From Bacilli bacterium (GTDB lineage: Bacteria > Bacillota_I > Bacilli_A > ML615J-28 > CAG-313): DNA of 64,000 nucleotides. Within the stretch, counting starts at the first letter, position 1; each line of letters opens with the position of its first letter. The stretch is from the NCBI GenBank assembly GCA_017463365.1, contig JAFTPH010000038.1, forward strand, positions 329 through 64,328. Direction: 5' to 3'. Made by a program: the position numbers and the translations under genes. Positions 40,049-48,866 of this stretch are shown here, piece after piece. Below the pieces are notes generated by a model. That model made no database searches. It was not told the origin of the DNA and saw only the letters and a list, made by a program, of their open reading frames with translations.

Positions 40049-42031
40049 TTATCTCTTCTTTTTTAAAACAATTAATCCTAAAGAAGCCATTGTAATTAAA
40101 CCAGTAACTACTAAAGCTAAATCTTTCTTACATCCAGAATCATTTGTTCCTGGATCAGTTGGGTTATCTGAAGTTCCTGGATCAACTGGTGTATTTTCAG
40201 CTTTTGGAATAGATCCAGCCGCATAAACTAATTTTGCAAGTTCTACAACTTTTCCATTAGTAAGCTCTGCCATTAATACAAATTCATTTTCAACAGTTGT
40301 ATCAGCAACGTTTACTGAAACTTTTCCTGATAATCCTTCAACTAATGTTTCAACATCACCATTCTTAACATACATCTTGCTGACAACCGCATTATCATCT
40401 TTGACACGATATTTGAATGTAACTACACCTTCTTCTAATTTTGATTCTTCAAAATCTTTTAATTCAGGGAAGGCATAATCTTCAGTTTTTAATGTATATG
40501 TATGGCTTGTTCCTTTATCAATTGTTCCATCTTTATTTAAAATTTCATATGAATAACTTACACTATATTCCATATTTGGAATTAAACCAGTAACTGTTAC
40601 TTCATTACCTGTCATTTCATATTCTTTACCATCTACATTTAAAGTAACATTTTGTAATGTTCCATCAACAACTTCGCCAGTTTTCTTTAGAGTAATAGAA
40701 TTTCCAACTGGTTCTTGAACTTGTAATTTAGGGTCTTTCATAACAAGTAATACCGCATTACCTGTACTTCTTAATACACCCCAAGGTTGACCTGTTTGAC
40801 GTGCATCAGATGGGTCATTAATTAAAGTCATTTCTCCGTTAATTCTTGCCATTAATGTTGATGATCCACCACCATCAAGGTTATATCCTTCAACACATCC
40901 AGCAAGTCTTAATAATTCACCACATTGGAATAATGATGCACCTTCTAGGTTATCTCCCACACTTCCACGTCCATCAATAACCATTAAAACGATACTTCCA
41001 TCTTCTTTAAATCCAACTAAAGTACGTGGATGAGTTGTATTAATAAATAATGCATTGTCGTTATTAGCTGATGTTGTATTTGCATATTGTGGTTGTCCGT
41101 CTTTTAATACTTGATAGATAAATCCAACCGCATTTTCAATGCCAGCAAGTTCACCTGCTAAGTTATATTCAACTTTAACATTTGCACCTGCAGTTAAAAC
41201 TTCTGATTTAGCTGCAACATAGAATTTACCAGCTTCAACACTTGATAAACTTGTAACATCTGCTTTACCAGTAATAGTTCCTTTTAAGAAGTACCCACCA
41301 CTATAATCACGATATTTTGTGTATGTCCCTTCATATACAACATATCCAGATAAATTAACATTTTCACCTAATTTTTTAGTATAAACGTTTACTCCGGATT
41401 CACTTGGAGTTTTATTTGTTCCAGCAACTGTTAATGTTTCAACAGTTTTTCCATTTTGTAGCACTTCTAAAGACATGTTTGATTCTCTTTGTTGACCAAA
41501 TACAGCAACGTGATCTTTATTAGTTTCTCCAAATCCTAATACACCACGGTAACTTCCACCTGGTGCTTTAGCACGTAATACGTCACCTTCTTGAACATGG
41601 AAGTTTGTAGGTTCTCCAGTTCCTCCAGCAGAGTTATCAAAGAAGTCTCCATTTACCGCACCAACAACGATATATCCTGGGTGAGTAGTTTCATAATCTT
41701 GAATTGTACGATCTAAGTTTGTGGCTTTCCAGTTTTCAGCTCCCCCAACACTCCATACAACTGGTTTTACAGCACTTTCTTCACCTACCGTTAACCATTG
41801 AACAGTATGGTTATTCCATAATGGAGTACCTTCCATAGCTCCATTATATACCGTTGAAATTTGTTGTTTTGTAAGTTCTACTTGTCCTTCTAATTTCCAA
41901 TTTTGCGCTTCGTTTATTTCTTTAGCATATCTTGATAAATCTTTTGGAGTATATGCAGAAACATTTAGAAGTGGCAATATAAAAGCAAATAACAGTAATA
42001 ATATTATTTTTTTAGTTTGTATTTTTTTCAT
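40049..42031 (-). CDS. Surface phosphodiester glycosidase (NAGPA/DUF2233 family), paralog 1
   Basis: Signal peptide, AVNGDFF, HPRTLVG, VIDGR and NLDGGGSS motifs; C-terminal SGCKKD-TM-KKKR. Confidence 0.85.
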   Translation of the reverse strand: MKKIQTKKIILLLLFAFILPLLNVSAYTPKDLSRYAKEINEAQNWKLEGQVELTKQQISTVYNGAMEGTPLWNNHTVQWLTVGEESAVKPVVWSVGGAENWKATNLDRTIQDYETTHPGYIVVGAVNGDFFDNSAGGTGEPTNFHVQEGDVLRAKAPGGSYRGVLGFGETNKDHVAVFGQQRESNMSLEVLQNGKTVETLTVAGTNKTPSESGVNVYTKKLGENVNLSGYVVYEGTYTKYRDYSGGYFLKGTITGKADVTSLSSVEAGKFYVAAKSEVLTAGANVKVEYNLAGELAGIENAVGFIYQVLKDGQPQYANTTSANNDNALFINTTHPRTLVGFKEDGSIVLMVIDGRGSVGDNLEGASLFQCGELLRLAGCVEGYNLDGGGSSTLMARINGEMTLINDPSDARQTGQPWGVLRSTGNAVLLVMKDPKLQVQEPVGNSITLKKTGEVVDGTLQNVTLNVDGKEYEMTGNEVTVTGLIPNMEYSVSYSYEILNKDGTIDKGTSHTYTLKTEDYAFPELKDFEESKLEEGVVTFKYRVKDDNAVVSKMYVKNGDVETLVEGLSGKVSVNVADTTVENEFVLMAELTNGKVVELAKLVYAAGSIPKAENTPVDPGTSDNPTDPGTNDSGCKKDLALVVTGLITMASLGLIVLKKKR

Positions 42032-42056
42032 GCGATTTTTTCCTCCCATTTAGGAA

Positions 42057-44012
42057 CTATTTTTTCTTTCTAAATAATGCAAGCAAACTTGCTAGTGATA
42101 TTAGACTAACCACAAGTAACGCAGCTTCTTTTTTACATCCTGATGTACTATCATCAGTAGGATTTTCAACTTTTCCTTCTTCATCACTTGGAGTTTTATC
42201 TAAAGCTGGAATTGTGTTGGCTTCATATTTAATTACTCCAAGTTCAACGACATCACCATTTGAAAGTTCTGCCATTAATTTAAATTCATTTTCAATTTCA
42301 GTATCTATTTCTTCAATTTTAATTCTACCAGATAATCCTTCTAATGCAATTTCTTTTGAACCATGTTTAATAAATACACGTTTTACATCTTCTTCTTCAG
42401 CATCAACTTTATATTTTAAAGTTACTGTTCCTTTATCTAATTTATGCTCTACAAATTCTTTTAATTCAGGGAAGGCATAATCTTCAGTAGTTCGATAGAA
42501 TGTCTCACTTATACCATGATCAACACTACCATCATCATTAACAATATCATATTCATAAGTAATTTCATATTCAGTAGCTTTATCTAAACCAGTAATTGTT
42601 AATTCATCACCAGTTAAATCGTAAGTTTTATTATCGATATTAACTTTAATATTTTCTAATCTACCATCTACAACTTCACCAGTTCTCTTAACTGTAATAG
42701 TATTACCTACCGCTTCTTCAACTTCAATCTTAGGGTCTTTCATAACTAAAAGAATCGCATTACCAATACCTCTTAATGTTCCCCAAGGTTGCCCTGTTTG
42801 ACGTGCATCAGATGGGTCATTAATTAATGTTAATTCGCCATTAATTCTTGCCATCATAGTTGATGATCCACCACCATCAAGGTTATATCCTTCAACACAT
42901 CCAGCAAGTCTTAATAATTCACCACATTGGAATAATGTTGCACCTTCTAGATTTTCAGATACCGAACCACGTCCATCGATAACCATTAATACAACACTAC
43001 CATCGGCTTTAAATCCAACTAATGTACGTGGATTTAATGTTGTGAAATATCCATCCATAACTTTTGGACTAATATTTTGGAACATTGGAAGAGAGTTATT
43101 CAAACATGGATAGCAATATCCAACAACATTTTCCGCTCCCACAACACTTCCTGTTAAGTTATATTCAACTTTAACTTCTTCATCTACATTTAATGTAACT
43201 GATTTAGTTGCGATATAGAATGTTCCACTTGGAACATTTGATAAACTTGTAATATTTTCAACTCCCAAAACTTTACCTTTCGCGAAGTATCCACCACGAT
43301 AATCACGATATAAAGTTGTTGAAACTTTATAAACTGTATAACCAGTTAAATCAACTGTTTTACTTAAATGTTTAGTATATACATAAACTCCATCAGCACC
43401 AGGTGCTACATTAGTAGCTGACACTTCAGCAAGTTCAGTTGTTGCTTCATCGGTAATCTTTTTTAAGTACATTGATGCGCTTTTTGATGGTAGACCAACT
43501 AAATGACTCTTACTACTTACAAAACCAATAACACCCCAGTTTGGATCACCATCCCAAGCTGCTCTCAAAACATCTCCTTCTTGAACGTGATAATTTAATG
43601 GTTCTTGAGTAGTATTAATATAGAAGAAATCTCCATTTACTGCCCCAATTACAATATAACCCGGATGAGTTTCTTCATAATTCTTAGCTGTTTTTAATAC
43701 ATTTGATGCTTTCCATTCCTCAACACTACCATCACTCCAAACTACCGTTTGAACAGCTGTGTTTTCTTTTGGAACACTTAGCCATTGAACTGTATGATTA
43801 TTCCATACTGCATCTTTTGTCACACCATTATAAATAGTGGTAATTTGTTGTTTAGTAAGTTCAACGCTACCATTTAAAACCCATTCTTGTTTTTCGGTTA
43901 ATTCTTTCGCATATTGAGATAATTGTCTACCTTCATATGCTTTTATTGTTAGGAAAGGAATAATTCCTACAATCATCAAAATAAATACGAATTTTTTAAA
44001 TCCACTTAACAT
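42057..44012 (-). CDS. Surface phosphodiester glycosidase, paralog 2
   Basis: AVNGDFF, NPRTLVG, VIDGR and NLDGGGSS motifs; C-terminal SGCKKE-TM-RKKK. Confidence 0.85.
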   Translation of the reverse strand: MLSGFKKFVFILMIVGIIPFLTIKAYEGRQLSQYAKELTEKQEWVLNGSVELTKQQITTIYNGVTKDAVWNNHTVQWLSVPKENTAVQTVVWSDGSVEEWKASNVLKTAKNYEETHPGYIVIGAVNGDFFYINTTQEPLNYHVQEGDVLRAAWDGDPNWGVIGFVSSKSHLVGLPSKSASMYLKKITDEATTELAEVSATNVAPGADGVYVYTKHLSKTVDLTGYTVYKVSTTLYRDYRGGYFAKGKVLGVENITSLSNVPSGTFYIATKSVTLNVDEEVKVEYNLTGSVVGAENVVGYCYPCLNNSLPMFQNISPKVMDGYFTTLNPRTLVGFKADGSVVLMVIDGRGSVSENLEGATLFQCGELLRLAGCVEGYNLDGGGSSTMMARINGELTLINDPSDARQTGQPWGTLRGIGNAILLVMKDPKIEVEEAVGNTITVKRTGEVVDGRLENIKVNIDNKTYDLTGDELTITGLDKATEYEITYEYDIVNDDGSVDHGISETFYRTTEDYAFPELKEFVEHKLDKGTVTLKYKVDAEEEDVKRVFIKHGSKEIALEGLSGRIKIEEIDTEIENEFKLMAELSNGDVVELGVIKYEANTIPALDKTPSDEEGKVENPTDDSTSGCKKEAALLVVSLISLASLLALFRKKK

Positions 44013-44028
44013 ATTTATTCTCCTTATA

Positions 44029-45975
44029 TTATTTTCTCTTTTTTGCTAAAACCAATAACCCTGTAAGTCCAATTAAGCTAATTACTATGTGACTTACTTC
44101 TTTTTTACAACCTGTTTTGTTTTCTTCAGGGTTAATATCAACAACTGAATCATCAACTTCCTCATTATCAAGTGATGGAATAGTTGATGCTTCATATGTA
44201 ATACTTCCCATTTCAAATTCTAATCCATTATTTAATTCAACTACTAGAGTAAAAATATTTTTCACTAAAGTATCAATATTTTCTATTTTAACTTTTCCTG
44301 ATGTTCTTTCAAGTTCAATTTTATTGCTGCCATATTTTATATATATTTTCGCCAAATCTTCTTTGTCAACATCAACTTTATATTTTAAAGTAACTTCAGC
44401 AATATCCACTGATGCTTCCACAAATTCTTCTAAAACTGGCATTACATAATCTTCTGTTGTTCGATAGTATTTTTCTGTAATTCCATGAACAATACTTCCA
44501 TCAGGATTTTTAATATCATATTCAATTGTAAATCCGTATTCCGAATTTTTATCTAAACCAGTAATTTCAAGTTTATCACTTGTCATATCATATGTTTTAT
44601 TATCAAAAATTACTTTAATATTTTCCATTGTTCCATCAACAACTGGTGCTTTTTGTTCAATTGTAATTGAATTACCAATAGCTGCTGGAATATTAAAATT
44701 AGGGTTTCTCATTACTAATAATATTGCGTTACCAACTTTTCTAGTACTTCCATCGGTTGGATTATTAACTAACGTTAGGCGGCCATTTATTCTTGCAGCA
44801 AGAGTTGCTGAACCACCACCATCAAGATTGAACCCATCAACACATCCCATTATTTTTAATAATTCTCCCGTTTGGAAAAGAGTTGTTCCTTCTTTATTAT
44901 TAGCAGGACCTCCTGATCCATCAACGGTCATTAATACAATGCTGCCATCTTCTTTAAAACCAATAGCGGCTCTTGTATAAGTTTTAGTTAAGTATCCCCC
45001 TAAAACACTTGTTGGTAAGTTTTGACCTAAAGTATTACCATCTTTTAAACATTGATATATATATCCAATAACATTTTTAGCACCTGCTGTGCCACCCGTT
45101 AAGTTATATTCTACTTTTATTTCTTCATCTACATTTAAAGTTACTGATTTAGTTGCAATATAGAATGTTCCACTTGGAACACTGCTTAAATTAGTAACAT
45201 TTTCAACACCAGCAACTTTACCTTTTACAAAATAACCATCATTATATTTACGATATAAAGAGGTAATCCCTTTATATACTGTATAACCAGTTAAATCAAT
45301 TGTTCCACTTAATTCTTTTGTAAACACAAATACTCCATCGCCTGTTGGTTGAGTATTAGTACTTGTAACTGCTGATAAATCGACTGTCTCATTATCAGTA
45401 ATCTTTTTTAAATACATTGAGTCACTTTTAGTTGGATTACCTGTTACATATTCACCATTATCTTTAAATCCTAGTAATCCAAAATTTAAATCATCTGTAT
45501 AATATGATGCTCTTAAAACATCACCTTCTTGAACATGGTAATTACATGGTTCATATGTCTTACCATTTAATTCTGTTTCTTTATTATAATAGAAATCTCC
45601 ATTAATGGCAGCCACCACAATATAACCTGGGTTTTGTTTTTCGTAGTCAGCAGCCATTTCTAAAACTGTTTTAGGAGCCCAATTTTCTAATGAACCAGTA
45701 CTCCATACTACTGGGAAAATATCGGTATTTTCACTTGGTGTAGTTACCCATTGAACTGTGTGATTATTCCAAGCGGTTTTATCCGAGATTACCCCGTTAA
45801 ATACAGTTGATATTTGTTGTTCTCTTACCTCAACGCCTCCTTCAACAATTTGCTTTTCAGCTTCGTTTATTTCCTTCGCATATTGAGATAAATATTTCGG
45901 GGTATAAGCTGAAACACTGAGGATTGGGAAGAGGAAGAAAACAATAAGCAAAAATACTATTTTTTTTACTTTCAC
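44029..45975 (-). CDS. Surface phosphodiester glycosidase, paralog 3
   Basis: AINGDFY, TRAAIG, TVDGS and NLDGGGSA motifs; C-terminal TGCKKE-TM-KKRK. Confidence 0.85.
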   Translation of the reverse strand: MKVKKIVFLLIVFFLFPILSVSAYTPKYLSQYAKEINEAEKQIVEGGVEVREQQISTVFNGVISDKTAWNNHTVQWVTTPSENTDIFPVVWSTGSLENWAPKTVLEMAADYEKQNPGYIVVAAINGDFYYNKETELNGKTYEPCNYHVQEGDVLRASYYTDDLNFGLLGFKDNGEYVTGNPTKSDSMYLKKITDNETVDLSAVTSTNTQPTGDGVFVFTKELSGTIDLTGYTVYKGITSLYRKYNDGYFVKGKVAGVENVTNLSSVPSGTFYIATKSVTLNVDEEIKVEYNLTGGTAGAKNVIGYIYQCLKDGNTLGQNLPTSVLGGYLTKTYTRAAIGFKEDGSIVLMTVDGSGGPANNKEGTTLFQTGELLKIMGCVDGFNLDGGGSATLAARINGRLTLVNNPTDGSTRKVGNAILLVMRNPNFNIPAAIGNSITIEQKAPVVDGTMENIKVIFDNKTYDMTSDKLEITGLDKNSEYGFTIEYDIKNPDGSIVHGITEKYYRTTEDYVMPVLEEFVEASVDIAEVTLKYKVDVDKEDLAKIYIKYGSNKIELERTSGKVKIENIDTLVKNIFTLVVELNNGLEFEMGSITYEASTIPSLDNEEVDDSVVDINPEENKTGCKKEVSHIVISLIGLTGLLVLAKKRK

Positions 45976-45995
45976 GCTATTCTCCTCTTATATTT

Positions 45996-46673
45996 TTACT
46001 CTTCTTCTAACGCATGTTTATCAGATAATAAACTATAACGTTTATATGTCATTTTTGTTATAAGATATACTGGTAAGCTTATTCCAATAACACCAGCTAC
46101 AATTGGATATACCAGTGCTGTAATTAGGAAAGCTCCCACAATGACAATTGTTAAAAAACTTAAAACAATATCTTTAAATCCCATTACCGCTGATAATTTT
46201 AAATATTGAATTATACTTAAACCTTCAAAGTTTACAATTACAAGAGGTAATTGAATAAGAACAAATACTGCGACAATTATTACCGATATTGTTAAGTAAT
46301 AACCAATTATATTAGCAACACTTTCGTTATAGTTTGAAGCAAATACCGTTAAACTGTTAACTAGTAGAAAAGCTGAAGCTAAAATAATTACAGTTAAAAT
46401 AATTGATTTTACATAATATTTTCCAAAATTCACAAAGAATGGTTTAAAAATACTTGGATTTTTACCATCCTCATAATCTTTAATCACTTTAAACATACTT
46501 ACAATTGAGGGGAAGAATGTAAGACCTGTAATAATTAAAGGCCACCATTGATCACTAAACACAATAAGTAAAGAAAAGGAAATGATAAGAACAAGAACGT
46601 TCAGTATCACTAATCTGGCAACATAATCTAAGATTCGATAGATACCAGATTTCATAAAACTGTCTTTTCTCAT
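45996..46673 (-). CDS. YesL/DUF624-family membrane protein
   Basis: IYRILDY..RLVILN, FFPSIVSMF and FFVNF pattern; multi-pass membrane protein. Confidence 0.7.
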   Translation of the reverse strand: MRKDSFMKSGIYRILDYVARLVILNVLVLIISFSLLIVFSDQWWPLIITGLTFFPSIVSMFKVIKDYEDGKNPSIFKPFFVNFGKYYVKSIILTVIILASAFLLVNSLTVFASNYNESVANIIGYYLTISVIIVAVFVLIQLPLVIVNFEGLSIIQYLKLSAVMGFKDIVLSFLTIVIVGAFLITALVYPIVAGVIGISLPVYLITKMTYKRYSLLSDKHALEEE

Positions 46674-46697
46674 TTTATCACTTCCTTATTTAATGTT

Positions 46698-47768
46698 TTA
46701 TCCAACAATACCAGTTCTTTCAATACCTTCAACGAATAATTTTTGAACAAACATATAAGCGATCAATAATGGTAACATCATTAAGAATGCTTCAGTATTT
46801 GCAATTAATGATGTAAACATACTACTACCACGAACGTCGGCACTTACTAAGTATTTAAGATCAGATCTTAATAGTAAGTTTCCAAGCCATTCGGCAGTGT
46901 TGATAATTTGCATTGTTAATAGTGGGAATTCAGATGAGCTTACTGCAAACATTGATGTGTAGTAAACGTCATTCCATTGCCAAACGAATGCGAATAATGC
47001 AACTGTAGTAATAACCCCTCGAGCATTCGGAAGCATTACACTCCAGAATGTTCTTAAAATACCTGCTCCGTCAATTTGAGCTGATTCTTCTAGTTCTACC
47101 GGAACTCCACGGAAGAATTGGCGGAATAAGAAGATAAATAGTGAGGCTCTAATACCTTGACCAGTAGCGGCCATGATATAGAAGATATAATCTTTTCCAG
47201 GGCCTCTAAGAGCAATGGCTTCGCCATTGTTAAATAAACTAATTAATCCGAAGATATCAAAGTTACTGAAATATAACGCACGAGATGCGGCAGTAACTTG
47301 TGGAGGAATGATTAATGTTAACATTACCATCCAGAATAAGATATTGCTACCCTTGAATTTTAATCTCGCAAATGCATATCCTGCTAAAGCAGTAGATGCA
47401 AGTTGGAAGACTGTTGTAATTAATGATACACGGAAAGTATTAAGTAATGACTTCCAATATTGTGTTAACTGAATCGCAATTGTAAAGTTTACTAGTGACC
47501 AGTGTTCAGGAATCCACACAATTAATGGATTATTAATATCATTAGGGTGACGGAAAGCTAACATTAATTGTTGGAAAATTGGAAATAAGATTACAAATGA
47601 TAACCCAATAAACACAATTGTTCTAAGTAATGATGAAGCTTTTCCAGCAATCTTACGACCACGTACGGCTTTCTTAACAGGATTTCTTAAATCCGCCATA
47701 ATCGCATCGTAGCGTTCTTTTCTTAATGCTTTCTTTTGTTCTTTAGTTAACGTATTATTTCTTGTCAT
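46698..47768 (-). CDS. Carbohydrate ABC permease (MalG-type)
   Basis: GYAFAR, EAA loop ELEESAQIDGAG, WQWND and FVEGIERTG motifs. Confidence 0.92.
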   Translation of the reverse strand: MTRNNTLTKEQKKALRKERYDAIMADLRNPVKKAVRGRKIAGKASSLLRTIVFIGLSFVILFPIFQQLMLAFRHPNDINNPLIVWIPEHWSLVNFTIAIQLTQYWKSLLNTFRVSLITTVFQLASTALAGYAFARLKFKGSNILFWMVMLTLIIPPQVTAASRALYFSNFDIFGLISLFNNGEAIALRGPGKDYIFYIMAATGQGIRASLFIFLFRQFFRGVPVELEESAQIDGAGILRTFWSVMLPNARGVITTVALFAFVWQWNDVYYTSMFAVSSSEFPLLTMQIINTAEWLGNLLLRSDLKYLVSADVRGSSMFTSLIANTEAFLMMLPLLIAYMFVQKLFVEGIERTGIVG

Positions 47769-48864
47769 CTTGATAGAACACCACCTTATTTAAGATTCCA
47801 ACCGCAACAGCAAGGATAATCACTGAAACAATTACGTATAACCATGACATTGCCGCATGGTAACCAATTTCATTTTGAACGAATTGGTAATCAATAATAG
47901 TATTGATTTCAGATCTTAAGAATGAGTCAACGATTGTATAAACTACAACTGTAACGATTTGTGGAGATACCATTGGTAATGTAATCTTCCAGAATGATTC
48001 ATACGCTGTAGCCCCTTCAATCTTAGCTGCTTCATATAAGTGACCAGGCACTGATTGGATAGCTGCTAAGAATACTAAAATTTGTACCCCTGAATAAGTG
48101 ATTGTACGATAAATTGCACCTGTAATATCACTTAAGAAAGTTACTAGCCATACCGGAACCCCAATTGATTCCATAAATAATGTTAAGTCGAATAATTTTG
48201 CAAGTTCTCCACTTCCAGTACCAGCATTTGTTAATACTTGGTCAATAGCTTCAGTTGCTTCTAAAGCTGTATCTAAGGCTTCTGAGTTAAATACAACTGG
48301 TAAGAAGAATACCGCTCTAACGAATCCACGTCCTTTATATTCACCATTTAACATAACCGCAATTAATAAACTGAAAATTGTGATTACGACAGTATCAATA
48401 ACTGTTGTTTGAACTGTATTCCAAAGTTCAATGATGAATGTTCCGTGACCTTGTAATGCAAATTTATAATTGTGGAATAAATCTTTAATTGCAACTTCTT
48501 CTCCTTTAGGTCCTTCTAAATATTGTCCAAATAAAATTTGTGTTTTACCATCAAAGATTGTAACTTCACTAAATGAATAAATGAACGACATTATAATTGG
48601 ATATGCAAAGAATAAGAAGAAACCAAGTAATACCGGTGTTAAGAATAAGATTGAAGCAAAAACTTTTTGATTGTCATAACGCATACGGTCATATGTTCTT
48701 TTCTTAATCCATGTAATAGGATAGAAAACATATCGTAAACCAACACTAATATAACGAACAATTTTTTCTATGAATGCCCAGAATTTTGTAAGTAAAAACC
48801 AATTTTTTAATTGAGTTAATTTACCACCGAGGGCACTAAACCATGAACTAATTTTTTCTTTCAT
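47755..48864 (-). CDS. Carbohydrate ABC permease (MalF-type)
   Basis: RAVFFLP and LYEAAKIEGA..ESFWKITLP motifs. Start set to 48864 behind GGAGGG. Confidence 0.92.
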   Translation of the reverse strand: MKEKISSWFSALGGKLTQLKNWFLLTKFWAFIEKIVRYISVGLRYVFYPITWIKKRTYDRMRYDNQKVFASILFLTPVLLGFFLFFAYPIIMSFIYSFSEVTIFDGKTQILFGQYLEGPKGEEVAIKDLFHNYKFALQGHGTFIIELWNTVQTTVIDTVVITIFSLLIAVMLNGEYKGRGFVRAVFFLPVVFNSEALDTALEATEAIDQVLTNAGTGSGELAKLFDLTLFMESIGVPVWLVTFLSDITGAIYRTITYSGVQILVFLAAIQSVPGHLYEAAKIEGATAYESFWKITLPMVSPQIVTVVVYTIVDSFLRSEINTIIDYQFVQNEIGYHAAMSWLYVIVSVIILAVAVGILNKVVFYQDDKK

Positions 48865-48866
48865 TT

